From an uncultured euryarchaeote (lineage in GTDB: Archaea; Thermoplasmatota; Poseidoniia; Poseidoniales; Poseidoniaceae): a DNA stretch of 64,000 nucleotides. The notes below the pieces were generated by a model. It was given only the letters and a program-made list of their open reading frames with translations. It ran no database searches and had not been told where the DNA came from. Both the position numbers and the translations under genes were made by a program. The first letter of the stretch is position 1. Every line of letters starts with the position of its first letter. Positions 38,271-49,400 of the stretch are shown piece after piece. The stretch lies in the NCBI GenBank assembly GCA_937899865.1, contig CALBRH010000063.1:32001-96000 (forward strand), given 5' to 3'.

Positions 38271-39650
38271 ATGAGTGGAAAAGAATACAGGACAATTACT
38301 GACGTTAAGGGGCCGCTGGTCTTTTTGAATAAAACTGAACCAGTTGCTTTCGGTGAAATCGTAACAATTAGGCTATCTGATGGTTCAATCAAGAATGGTC
38401 AAGTTCTCGATACTTCTGATGATTTAGTTATTGTTCAAGTTTTTGAGGGTACAGCTAAAATCAACAGAGAATCAGGAGTTACTTTCATGGGAGATGTTTT
38501 CAAATTACCAGTAAGTACTGAATTAGTAGGAAGAATTCTTGATGGTGCTGGAAGACCAAGAGACGGCGGCCCAGCAATTGTTGCTGAGGAAAATGCAGAT
38601 ATCATTGGTGCAGCGATTAACCCATACAGTAGACAAAGTCCACACGATTTCATTCAAACTGGAATTTCAGCCATTGATTGTTGTACTACTCTAGTTCGTG
38701 GACAAAAATTGCCAATTTTCTCAGCATCTGGTTTGCCACACAATGATATTGCTCTACAAATTGCAAGACAAGCGAAATTGAAAGGTTCTGATGAGGAATT
38801 TATTGTGGTATTCTGTGCTATGGGAATCACTGCAGAAGAGTATAATTTCTTTAGAAGTGATCTTGAAAGAACAGGTGCTCTTGAGAATGCGGTATTGTTT
38901 GTTAATCTAGCGGACGATCCAGCTGTTGAGAGAATCATTACTCCAAGACTTGCATTGACTGCTGCAGAGTATTTGGCTTTCGAGAAGGATTATCACGTTC
39001 TTGTTATCTATACTGATATGACAAATTATTGTGATGCTCTAAGACAAATTGGTGCTGCTAGAGAAGAAGTTCCAGGAAGAAGAGGTTATCCAGGTTATAT
39101 GTATACTGACTTGGCTATGCTGTATGAGCGTGCAGGTATTGTAAAGGGTAAGAAGGGTTCAATCACGCAATTCCCGATTTTAACTATGCCTGGTGACGAT
39201 ATTACACATCCAATCCCCGATTTGTCTGGATATATTACTGAAGGACAAATTGTTATTTCAAGAGAATTACACCAACAGGGTATTTATCCGCCGATTAACG
39301 TTCTACCATCACTTTCTCGACTGATGGGTTCATGTATCGGTGAGAAGACAACAAGAGAAGATCACAAATCAGTTTCTGACCAGATGTATGCTGCATATGC
39401 TCAAGGAAGAGAGTTGAGAGGTCTTGTCGCAATTGTCGGTGAAGATGCTCTAAACGAACGTGACAAACAATTGCTTGACTTCTCAGGTATTTTTGAAGAC
39501 AAGTTCCTTCGTCAAACAAGAGATGAAGACCGTTCAATAGACGAAACACTTGATTTGTGCTGGAATTTGATGTCATCTATTGACACTAAGTATCTAGTAA
39601 GATTAGACCAAAAGTGGATTGAGAAGTATCATCCAGATAACAAAGAGTGA
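38271..39650 (+). CDS. atpB: A-type ATP synthase subunit B
   Basis: [41 protein letters not shown]. Confidence 0.98.
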   Translation: MSGKEYRTITDVKGPLVFLNKTEPVAFGEIVTIRLSDGSIKNGQVLDTSDDLVIVQVFEGTAKINRESGVTFMGDVFKLPVSTELVGRILDGAGRPRDGGPAIVAEENADIIGAAINPYSRQSPHDFIQTGISAIDCCTTLVRGQKLPIFSASGLPHNDIALQIARQAKLKGSDEEFIVVFCAMGITAEEYNFFRSDLERTGALENAVLFVNLADDPAVERIITPRLALTAAEYLAFEKDYHVLVIYTDMTNYCDALRQIGAAREEVPGRRGYPGYMYTDLAMLYERAGIVKGKKGSITQFPILTMPGDDITHPIPDLSGYITEGQIVISRELHQQGIYPPINVLPSLSRLMGSCIGEKTTREDHKSVSDQMYAAYAQGRELRGLVAIVGEDALNERDKQLLDFSGIFEDKFLRQTRDEDRSIDETLDLCWNLMSSIDTKYLVRLDQKWIEKYHPDNKE

Positions 39651-39666
39651 ATAAGGAGAGATATTC

Positions 39667-40284
39667 ATGGCATTGGACATTAAACCAACCCGCAGTGAAT
39701 TAATCAAATTGAAAACTAGAATTAAGCAGACTAAAAATGGTTACAAACTATTGAAAATGAAAAGAGATGGTTTGTTTCATGAATTTAGGCAACTTTTGTC
39801 AAAGATGATAGAAGCAAAACGAGAATTAACAGATGCTTATCGACTTGCCAAACAAAGAATAGATCTTGCTAATGCAATTGACGGTGGTCTAGCAGTTAGA
39901 GCAGCGGCTATTGCTAACAGCGCTCATCCTGAAGTTGAAGTTGAGCGTAGAAACATTATGGGAGTAGTAGTTCCAAGTGTTAGTGGTACTAATCTAAAGT
40001 CAACTTTCCAAGAGCGTGGAGTCGGATATATAGGGTCATCACCCTATATCGATGAAGCTAGCGATTCGTTTAGTGAATTGATTGAGAAGATTGTTACAGC
40101 GTCTGAAATGGAAGCAACTCTTAAGCGACTTCTAGAAGAGATTGAAGCAACTAAGAGAAGAGTCAATGCTCTTGAGTTCAAGGTAATTCCAGAACTTGAA
40201 GAAGCAAAGGTGTTCATTCAGCTAAGACTTGAGGAAATGGAGCGAGAAGAAACATTTAGGTTGAAACGTTTCAAGAATAAATGA
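39667..40284 (+). CDS. atpD: A-type ATP synthase subunit D
   Basis: IKPTRSEL, LLKMKRDGL, TKRRVNALE, LEEMEREETFRLK. Confidence 0.97.
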   Translation: MALDIKPTRSELIKLKTRIKQTKNGYKLLKMKRDGLFHEFRQLLSKMIEAKRELTDAYRLAKQRIDLANAIDGGLAVRAAAIANSAHPEVEVERRNIMGVVVPSVSGTNLKSTFQERGVGYIGSSPYIDEASDSFSELIEKIVTASEMEATLKRLLEEIEATKRRVNALEFKVIPELEEAKVFIQLRLEEMEREETFRLKRFKNK

Positions 40285-40349
40285 TTTTGATAATCTCAAC
40301 GATGATTAAAGTAGGAAAGAACTACACCCACTTACTGTGAGGAGGTCCA

Positions 40350-42923
40350 ATGAGTGGCGATAATGAACAACCTGCTACGTCATTGAAGGATGATTTACCT
40401 CAACTGAGAGCCCATAAAGACGTATGGGGTCAGAAAGATTTGCTTAGCAATATTATCTCTAGATACTTCATTGTTACAGGAGAATTAGGCGGGACAAAAT
40501 GGCCGGTATGGAAAGTCGATGAAAAACCCTCAGAAGATGTTCATGATTCATTAGATAGATTGAATATTCATTTAGAGAATCTTGGCTGGATGGCTAAACT
40601 TCAAACTGGTGAGCCTTGGTTTATTCAAGTAATTCCTTACCCTGAAAGGCAATTTCCGTCATCCAAAACCACTATCGGGTTTTGGTCTTTTTCTTTGATT
40701 ACTGCAACTATTGCAGGAATGATATGGATTGAAGATGCACGGCCAAGCGATGGTTGGTTTACTGAATCATTATTTCTTGATTCTTTGATCGGTTATACAT
40801 TGCCAATTTTTGCAGCAATTATTTTTGCATCATTTTTACAAAAGATGCATGCTGACAAACATGGATTAAGAGTAGGACATCTAACACCCATTCCAGACCC
40901 ATCAATCTCATTGTTTTCGATTGGTCTAATACCTAAGTCATTTTTGATTTGGCCATTTGGAATCTTGATTATTCCATCATTACCAAGAATGGATGCAAGG
41001 CCTTGGAAAGACAGAGAGATGTTAGGTTGGAGCGCTTTGATAGTTCCATCTACATTGATTATAACAGGAGTATTACTGTGGGTCACTGGATTATATTTGA
41101 CGCCAAACTTAGTTCATATTTCATCGATGCAATATGTTCCCGAAATGCCTTTGATTGTTAATTTACTAAGTCCACTATTTGCTGAAGATGTTACTGTTAA
41201 ACTGGTATGGGCACATCCATTATCAAAAGCTGGTTCAATGCTATGTTTCTTCGGTTGGGTTTCATTACTTCCTATTCCTACATTCCCCGGTGGAAGATTA
41301 CTGATTGCAAGGACTAGTATGTCTGAGGCGAGAAATTCGACCAATCAACTGTTTTTATTTGCAATAATTCTTGCATTTGCTTGGATGTTTAATGCTTTTG
41401 CAGATTTCAATATTTGGCTTCCAGTTTTAGGAATAATGTTTCCTTTGTTATTATTGATGGGTGCAGACCGTAGAATTCCAGTAATTCTTAATGAGCCAAA
41501 GGGAGTTGATTTTGAAAGTGTTAAGCGTATGGGAATTCTATTATTCGTGATTTTCTTATTAGCTCTACCTAGTCAGACTCCTTATGCAATGGATGAAGAT
41601 TGGAACGATGAGGTAAACTACAATTTTAGTGATACAATTTCTATCATTCAAACCAATGAGTCATGGAATGGTTCTTTAGAAATCGATATTGTAAATAAAG
41701 CATCAATAACCCAAAATTGGCAACTTGAATTAGCAACACTGGATGGAGTAGTTTCTTCACATTGGGATTTCACTTGGCTTTGTAGCGATGATAATCAAGA
41801 TTCAACAACGGATTTGGGATGTGGTGATGAAATTCTGCCAGGTATGATTTCAACTGTAAATTTGAATGTAAGTTGGAAGTCTTCTCAATATAGTCCACTA
41901 ATTGAGGAAATATATTTGATTACATATATTGATGAAGAGCCATCGGTATCGGTTGTTAAATTAACACCTGATCTACCTCAATATGTCAATTCTAGTTGGT
42001 ATATGAATTATGATTCTGATGATGTAATGCGTTGTATTGAAGTATTCTCAAATACCGAACAAAGTTACAATATCTCATTTCCAAATTCAGATACAGATTT
42101 CGATTTTGAAACTAGAATGTACTGGATTGAAGGTAATCAAGGATTAGAAGCTGAATTTGGGCAAGAAGCAACTGAGATTTGTATCAAAGGTCAAGACCCA
42201 GTAATTTTGCTTAGATCTTATGTTTTGAATGTCATTCAAATAGGTGAACAGATTTTTTCACCAAAATTACCTAAACTACCACTTCGTTTTGTTACACCAA
42301 ATAATGGAACATTGATTGATTCTACCGAAATTAGAGGCTGGGGGTCTGAATTGGAGTCTGGCGACATATTGTCAGTATCTGAACAAAATTGCCAAATGAA
42401 TCCTATGATAAGCACACCAACTAAACCAACTAATCAATCTGAGCAATGGGTTTGGAATACAAATTATCGTACAACTTCTCTGATTCCTGCTATTCAAGAA
42501 AACGATTCAATATTGTTAATCTTAGATGATCAGGACACAATTTCTGTATGTTCTGAAAATATGTATCCAAAACCAGACCATTTAATCTCTATAGAGCATG
42601 GTCCTGAATTGATTTTTGAGAGAAACAACAACTTTCATCGAATGTGGACATCTTTGTGGGCATCTGCAGCAAATGGAGAGTTATCTGGAAGTAATATGTC
42701 TGAATTTGTAATCCACAATCCAGAGAATATAACAACTAGAGTTAATATTGTACAAACTACATCTGGAGATGATTCAGAAGAATGGATTATATTAGAATCT
42801 ACAAATCAGTTGATTCAAGGCGAAAATGAGTTTAAATTCTCACCTCCTAATAATCAATTATCAACGCTATATGTCGATTTTGAAGATGGAGAAATTTACA
42901 TTTATCTAGGAAGTTATTCATGA
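40350..42923 (+). CDS. Site-2 protease (M50)-like membrane protein lacking catalytic residues, fused to a large extracellular domain
   Basis: M50-like layout (TM, HG..., PIP, W.HPL, LLP...GG) but HExxH and the LDG Asp are absent; about 450 aa N/S/E-rich beta-rich C-terminus. Confidence 0.6.
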   Translation: MSGDNEQPATSLKDDLPQLRAHKDVWGQKDLLSNIISRYFIVTGELGGTKWPVWKVDEKPSEDVHDSLDRLNIHLENLGWMAKLQTGEPWFIQVIPYPERQFPSSKTTIGFWSFSLITATIAGMIWIEDARPSDGWFTESLFLDSLIGYTLPIFAAIIFASFLQKMHADKHGLRVGHLTPIPDPSISLFSIGLIPKSFLIWPFGILIIPSLPRMDARPWKDREMLGWSALIVPSTLIITGVLLWVTGLYLTPNLVHISSMQYVPEMPLIVNLLSPLFAEDVTVKLVWAHPLSKAGSMLCFFGWVSLLPIPTFPGGRLLIARTSMSEARNSTNQLFLFAIILAFAWMFNAFADFNIWLPVLGIMFPLLLLMGADRRIPVILNEPKGVDFESVKRMGILLFVIFLLALPSQTPYAMDEDWNDEVNYNFSDTISIIQTNESWNGSLEIDIVNKASITQNWQLELATLDGVVSSHWDFTWLCSDDNQDSTTDLGCGDEILPGMISTVNLNVSWKSSQYSPLIEEIYLITYIDEEPSVSVVKLTPDLPQYVNSSWYMNYDSDDVMRCIEVFSNTEQSYNISFPNSDTDFDFETRMYWIEGNQGLEAEFGQEATEICIKGQDPVILLRSYVLNVIQIGEQIFSPKLPKLPLRFVTPNNGTLIDSTEIRGWGSELESGDILSVSEQNCQMNPMISTPTKPTNQSEQWVWNTNYRTTSLIPAIQENDSILLILDDQDTISVCSENMYPKPDHLISIEHGPELIFERNNNFHRMWTSLWASAANGELSGSNMSEFVIHNPENITTRVNIVQTTSGDDSEEWIILESTNQLIQGENEFKFSPPNNQLSTLYVDFEDGEIYIYLGSYS

Positions 42924-43867
42924 GTGGTATTATGAAAATAGCAATTCTTGGAGCAGGAAATATCGGCACGTTGATAGGTGCTAAACTAGCAAAATTGGAT
43001 TCAACAGATATTTTTATTCATGCCCGTGGCGATCATGCAGCAAGTTTAGCAGTCAATGGCATCTCTGTAGAAGGTATTGAAAATTTTTCTCTAAAACCTA
43101 ATCAATATCACTTGTCAATATCTGATGTTGGAATAAATTCAACATTTGACGGCTTAGCAGATATTGTTTTTATTTGTTCAAAGGCAGGGGATGTAGGAGA
43201 TTTGTTTAAACTATCCAAACGATTATGTCATCAAGATACTAAGATTTTAGTATTGAGTAATGGACTTGGTCATTTGGAATTAGGTATTGAAGAGTTTGGA
43301 GCTCACCGTATGATTCCAGCAACAACAACACATGGCGCTTGGCGGAAGAATCCTGGTAGTGTTGTATGGGCGGGATTGGGATCGATAAACCTTGGTCAAA
43401 TTAGCAATAGTCCATCTTTTGAAGAGCTTAAGGAACTGTTTAACATCTTAGAAAAATCAGGTCTTAACCCTAATTGGATTGAAGATGGAAAGAAAATGAT
43501 ATGGTCTAAAGTTTTGATTAATATTGCAATTAATCCAATAGCAGCAATCACAGGTCAATTAAATGGAGATTTACTCGAATCAGAGATATTTGAAACATGT
43601 GTAGAAGTGATGCTTGAAGGATCTAGAGTGGCACGATTAGAAGGCGTAAAATTAGATGAAGATGAGAATTTAATTAACAACCTCAGATTTGTTTTACAAC
43701 AAACTAGTGAAAATAAATGTAGCATGTTACAGGATGTAAGAATCGGTAGGCCTACTGAAATTGCTTTTCTAAATAGGATGATAGTAAACAAGGCAGAAAA
43801 ATACGGATTATCTACTCCACTCAATCAGTTGCTTAGCAAATTGATTGAATCATTGACACTATATTAA
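42920..43867 (+). CDS. panE: 2-dehydropantoate 2-reductase
   Basis: ILGAGNIG, LSNGLG, WSKVLINIAINP, NKCSMLQD, TEIAFLN. Confidence 0.92.
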   Translation: MSGIMKIAILGAGNIGTLIGAKLAKLDSTDIFIHARGDHAASLAVNGISVEGIENFSLKPNQYHLSISDVGINSTFDGLADIVFICSKAGDVGDLFKLSKRLCHQDTKILVLSNGLGHLELGIEEFGAHRMIPATTTHGAWRKNPGSVVWAGLGSINLGQISNSPSFEELKELFNILEKSGLNPNWIEDGKKMIWSKVLINIAINPIAAITGQLNGDLLESEIFETCVEVMLEGSRVARLEGVKLDEDENLINNLRFVLQQTSENKCSMLQDVRIGRPTEIAFLNRMIVNKAEKYGLSTPLNQLLSKLIESLTLY

Positions 43868-45478
43868 ATCAGTATTGAAATGCAAACCACGGTTTTCTTT
43901 TCTATTTACTGCATCCTCAATAATTAGGTTTGCAACTTGAATCAAGTTTCTTAATTCTACAATTTCTCTTGAAGGAATTGAAGATTTCCAAATAATATTG
44001 ATTTCTTTATCAAGCAATTTAATCCTTCTAAGTGCTCGATTAAGTCGCTGATAATTTCTCACAATGCCAACTTCTGTTGACATTGTGTCTTTGAGCATAG
44101 TTAAATCATTAACAATAGATGCATGCTCAGTAAGTATATCGAGGCCATCAGCTCGCCAATCAGGTAGTTTGTGAGTGATATTCTCAGGTGGGTTTTCGAT
44201 GATATGTCTTGCTGCATTGTCGGCAAAAACTACTGCTTCTAGTAAACTGTTAGAAGCTAGTCTATTTGCACCATGCATTCCAGTACATGCGACTTCTCCA
44301 ACTGCGTATAGGTGAGGGATAACAGAATTACTGTCAAGCATCTTTGGCCTGCCGAATTGGTCTACTTCCAATCCACCTACAACATAATGTGCGGCTGGAG
44401 AAATAGGTAAGTGATCATGTCCAAGAGTAAGATTATACTTGTCAAGATGTTTTTGCATATTTGGGAATGAATTCTTTAATATTTCTTTATCTAAGTGAGA
44501 GGTTACCAAATAGACCCATTTATTGCCAGTTTGTTTCAGATTTTGGTCAATTGCCCTTGCAACTATATCTCTTGTCGCCATTGAGCCAAGACTTGAAAAC
44601 TCTAAGGTAAATGAGTAATTATCTGGTTTTGGAGCCTCAGTACCATTAGTAAGAGATTGCTTACAATCACTTTGCCAATTTTCTAATCCTTGTTTGTCAA
44701 GAATTACTCCACCTTCTCCTCTAAGTGCTTCAGTAATCAAAAATGGACGACCATTTTCAATAGCAAGTGCTGTTGGATGAAATTGAATGAACGCCATATC
44801 TTTTACTGATGCTCCACAACGAAATGCCATAGCAATTCCATCTCCTGTTGCGACATTTGGATTAGTGGTTTTTGCCCATAATTGGCCAACTCCGCCTGTT
44901 GCGATAATCACTGCATCAGCGCCTAATGTAATCACTTCCTTTGTTAGTTGATCAAAACACCAAATGCCACAAACACCTTTGCTTGGGTCACCATGTTGTC
45001 TTTGAATTAAGTCCATAGCAAGGGTATTTCTCATCAATTCAATTTTTGGATGCTGTTTAGCAGCTTCGCTTAGTGCACGTTCAATTTCTCTTCCAGTAGC
45101 ATCTTTTGCATGTAGAATTCTTCTCTCAGAATGTCCACCTTCTTTGGCTAGTCTAAATGCTCCATCTTCATTTTTTTCAAAATTGACACCAATATTTACT
45201 AGTTCATTTATACAATCTGAAGCGCGCTCAATTACATTTCTAACGACTTCTTCATTGCAAAGCCCGTCACCTGATTGCAATGTGTCAATTATATGGGCAT
45301 TTTTTCCACTTTTATTGGTCTTGTCAAGGATTCCAGCAATTCCTCCTTGGGCCCAATTAGTGGATGAGTCCTTTAGTCGCTGTTTGGTTATTATTACGAT
45401 GTCATGGCCATTATTTGCCAATTTTAGAGCAGAGAACAGTCCAGCGATTCCGCTACCGATTATGGCTATTCTCGACAT
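43859..45478 (-). CDS. nadB: L-aspartate oxidase
   Basis: GSGIAG, STNWAQGG, EGGHSERRILH, FIQFHPT, LITEALRGEG, HYVVGG, HGANRLASNSLLE. Track starts at 45508. Confidence 0.93.
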   Translation of the reverse strand: MSRIAIIGSGIAGLFSALKLANNGHDIVIITKQRLKDSSTNWAQGGIAGILDKTNKSGKNAHIIDTLQSGDGLCNEEVVRNVIERASDCINELVNIGVNFEKNEDGAFRLAKEGGHSERRILHAKDATGREIERALSEAAKQHPKIELMRNTLAMDLIQRQHGDPSKGVCGIWCFDQLTKEVITLGADAVIIATGGVGQLWAKTTNPNVATGDGIAMAFRCGASVKDMAFIQFHPTALAIENGRPFLITEALRGEGGVILDKQGLENWQSDCKQSLTNGTEAPKPDNYSFTLEFSSLGSMATRDIVARAIDQNLKQTGNKWVYLVTSHLDKEILKNSFPNMQKHLDKYNLTLGHDHLPISPAAHYVVGGLEVDQFGRPKMLDSNSVIPHLYAVGEVACTGMHGANRLASNSLLEAVVFADNAARHIIENPPENITHKLPDWRADGLDILTEHASIVNDLTMLKDTMSTEVGIVRNYQRLNRALRRIKLLDKEINIIWKSSIPSREIVELRNLIQVANLIIEDAVNRKENRGLHFNTDLI

Positions 45479-45561
45479 AGTGAGCAGATTGAGCCAAATA
45501 TGTCTCACTTTTGAACTGTTTGAGCGACAGCACTATCAAACTAATTCCATGTCCAACAAAC

Positions 45562-46335
45562 ATGGGCGGGCTTCGGCGCAACTTGGCAACCATAATCGGT
45601 GGTTTGATGGTTGTCTTTGTAATTGCCAATGTTCAGTTCGGTTTAGTGGCTCCTGAATTAATCGAAGGGGCGGATAATTCAAAGTTAGATGTATTGAAAA
45701 TGTTAGAGCCGCATTGTGCCATTTCAGAAATAGAGGCTGAACTTGCTGAAGGTAATGATAGTTTTTGTTTAGGTAATTCAGGAGATTGGAATGGTGCAGA
45801 TTTGTTACTATTGGCCGAGGGTTTGTTCCTGATTTTTGTTGGTAAATTCAAATTCCCACAACAAGGAAGATGGGCTCAAAGGTTTAGAAGAATGGCATTT
45901 ATTGGTGGTTGCTCTTTATTTGGTCTAGCGATTATGGATCGTCTTGAACTCCTTCCAAAATCAGTAAGTTCAGAAGGAATAGCAAGCCTAATTCCACTTG
46001 ATGTGTCTCCACTATCAGTACAATTAGGTATGGCGATTATTGGTGCATTTATGATGAGAGGTCCAAAGTATTGGGAAGCAGAAGCCATTGATTTGACCAA
46101 TAAGAGATTGGAAAAGCGCAGAATTGTTGCCGAAAAGTTCCGCTCAAAATATGGCACAGTCGCGCAACCTCTTGCCGAATTACAAGGTAAGCAAAAACGT
46201 GTGGCTAAGTCTCCATTGATGCATAGGGATTCTAAGTTAACCATGAAAAGTAATAGTTCTTTGACTGTTCAAGCAACATGCCCATATTGTGATGGGGCAG
46301 GTTGTAAAAAGTGCGATTTTACTGGGTCAATTTAG
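45562..46335 (+). CDS. Membrane protein with C-terminal CxxCxGxGCxxC zinc finger
   Basis: About 4 TM helices, basic linker, CPYCDGAGCKKCDFTG. Track starts at 45511. Confidence 0.65.
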   Translation: MGGLRRNLATIIGGLMVVFVIANVQFGLVAPELIEGADNSKLDVLKMLEPHCAISEIEAELAEGNDSFCLGNSGDWNGADLLLLAEGLFLIFVGKFKFPQQGRWAQRFRRMAFIGGCSLFGLAIMDRLELLPKSVSSEGIASLIPLDVSPLSVQLGMAIIGAFMMRGPKYWEAEAIDLTNKRLEKRRIVAEKFRSKYGTVAQPLAELQGKQKRVAKSPLMHRDSKLTMKSNSSLTVQATCPYCDGAGCKKCDFTGSI

Positions 46336-46464
46336 GCCATTTCGGTTAATTTTAGAACATGCCTAAAACGCCGTATTGAGTGCTCAACATTAGCATAGTT
46401 TAAGACCCCTAGAGACCCGCTCTAAGGATTAGGGTTGGATTTAATTTCCACTTGAGGGATTGGG

Positions 46465-49400
46465 ATGTATCTTAAAGCGCTTGAAGTTTCAAATTTTAAA
46501 TCATTTAGAGGCGATGTAACAATTCCTCTAGAAAGGGGATTCACTGCTATTACTGGGCCGAACGGTTCTGGCAAATCAAATTGCGGAGATGCAATACAAT
46601 TTGTATTGGGGCCAAGGTCAAATAAAACAATTAGGGCACAGAACTCTAAAGATTTAATTTTCAATGGAGGCAATAACTACAATGCCGCTCGTTCATGTAA
46701 TGTAACTTTGGTATTTGCTAATCCTTCAATGGACAATGGACGTAGAAGATTGCCATTGAATATGGAAGAAGTTAGAATGTCTAGATCTATTAGATTGACC
46801 AAGAGTGGCAATGTAGTTACTAATTATCGACTAAACGGAGAAGAAAGTTCACAAAAATCCTTCCACAGGATACTTAGTTCAGCAAATGCACGCCCTGATG
46901 GTTACAATATTGTTCTTCAAGGAGATGTAACAAGTTTAGCAAAAATGACTGCTAAAGAGAGAAGAAAGGTACTAGATAGTGTGGCGGGAGTCACATTATA
47001 TGATGATGAAATTAGGAAAGCTGACCGTCAAAAAGACAGTGTTGATGATTACATTGAAAGAATCAAATTGTTAGAAGATAGTCAAAAGATTCGCTTGAAG
47101 GAATTGAAAAAGCAAAAGGATTTGGCAGTGAAAGTCAAAGATTTGGTCGAGGAATTAAATCAAGCTAGAATTACATCATACCAAGCAAATTATGCTAGCC
47201 AGTTAGCAGAAAAGCAATATCAAGTAAATGAACAATCAAGATATCTTGAGGAAGCAAATAATCTAGAACAACAGGTTCGAGAAGGTTCGAAAACACTACT
47301 TTCTTTGGATGATCAGATTGGAGAATTGCAGAAGCAAATAGAAGAATTGACTGGTGGAGAAAGTAAGGGCTTGAACAAAGTTATCTTTGATTTACATCTA
47401 AAAATCGATACCAACAAAGACAAAATTTCAGATGCTGAAGAAAAAGATGTTGAAGACAAGGCAGAACTTACCGAATTATCCGAACAGTTAGATGGTGCTA
47501 AGGCAGCACTTGAAGAATTCATTAGCAACTTGGATTCAGCAAAATCCGATTTATCAGAATCAAAGATTTCACTAGATGAGGCGCAGGCTGAAGAGTTAGA
47601 AGTACAGAAAATCATGGAATCTTCCGGCGATGAAAGCGCAAAGTTTTCTCAACAACTGACACAATTGCTATCAGAATTGGAACAAGCAAATGAAAGATTA
47701 TCTGCGGCTCAAAATGAAGTTAACAAAACAGCAGTACAGGCTGAGCTAATTACTGAACAATTAGCAATTTCTCAAGATGCTGCTGAAGAGAATAGGTTGT
47801 CTTTAGGAGAACTTGAAATTCAAGGAGAGGAACTTTCTGGAAGTAATTCAGGCTTAGATAGAAATAAACTATCTAAGGACCTTATTACAGCACAAAGAAG
47901 CGAAGAGAAATTGGTTGAGGAGTCTCAATTGATAGAAACAAAGTTGAGGGAAGCAGAGAGAAGTAGGGAGCGGCTACGTGCTGAAATGGAGAACTCATCA
48001 GGTTCCAAAGGGATGGCTGGAGGTGCCGCCGCAGTAATTGCTGCCCGAGATAATGGCGAATTAAGCGGAATTATTGGTACAATTGCAGAATTATGCGCTC
48101 CTGTTGATTCAAGTCATGAAAGCGCTTTAGCAACTGCAATTGGAGGTGGAATGACTTCAATTGTTGTTGAAAACGATGAAATAGCTGCTAAGGCGATTAA
48201 GTGGCTTGCAGAGAGGAGAGCCGGTAGAGCAACATTTTTGCCATTGAACAAACTAAACAATAACCGTGCTGCAGGAAAAGCACTTATGGTTTCGAAGAAA
48301 CCTGGAGTGGTAGGATTTGCTCATGAATTACTTGATTATGATCCAAAGATCGACATTGCAATCAAATTTGTATTGAGGAACACATTGATTGTAGATTCAC
48401 TTTCTACTGCTAGAAGTTACATGGGAGGTGTCAGATTAGTTACTTTGCGTGGCGATGTGACAGAGGCTGGAGGCGCAATGATTGGCGGCTCGAAACGTAA
48501 AATGTCAGTTTCTTTTGGTGGAGGAATCAAAGGTGCTAGTGAGATCGAAAAGATTTCTGGAGAAATCGAAAAATTACAGTTAATGTCTGAAACAGTTTCT
48601 GCTGCTTTACATCAAGCTAGAAAGGAACAACAACAATTACGAACAAAAATCAATGAATTAACAGACAGCGATCAAGCTGTAAAATTACAAGAATGGCGAG
48701 CAGAATTAAAGCAAGCAAAATCAGTTTACAACAAATCTTTGGCAGAAGTAACTGCAAACGAAGTAAAATTGACTGATTTAGAAGTTCTTGCAAGTAAACA
48801 AATCGACGCTCTTGATGAGGCACAGTCAGTTGTCGCTGACCTTAATGTCAGTATTGGAGATACCAGGGAAGAGATGGAATCTGCAAGCCCTGACCATTTG
48901 AAAGACAGACTCCATGCGGCTCAAATAAAGCGAGTAGATGCAGAAGGGGTAATGGCAAAGGCTCTAACAGCGCTGGAGAGCGGTAGTGAGCATGAGTCAT
49001 TACTTAGCGACAGAGTAGATGATTTAAGTTCAAGAATTGAATCTCTTAATTCGAATATAATCTCAAGGAGCGAAATGATTGATAATTTGCAAGCATCCAT
49101 AGCGACAGATTCTATTGAATTAAAAGACAGAGAAGAGGAAAGAACACAATTACTCGAGGAAAATAAAGGTCTGGAGGATGAAAGAATAGCTCTCGTTGAT
49201 GAAAGAGCAAGTCTTCGAACAGAATTGACTCAAAAATCAACAGATGCTCAGTCTAGAAGAAGGCTAAGCGATGAACTTGGACGCTCTATTATCAACAAAG
49301 AAATGGTGATTAATGAATTGTTTGCCGAAATGCAAAACAATCAAATTGAGCCTGCATCGGCTGATACTAGTTTACCATCTGTTGGTGATGCTGAGAAGCG

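Noticed and set aside
36520-39650. Intein in AtpA/AtpB
   Set aside because: Lengths (579 and 459 aa) and contiguous motifs match intein-free subunits.
46336-46464. Structured ncRNA upstream of smc
   Set aside because: Only a weak imperfect hairpin (CCTAGAG...CTCTAAGG) and a TATA-like TTTAAG; not enough to call an RNA.
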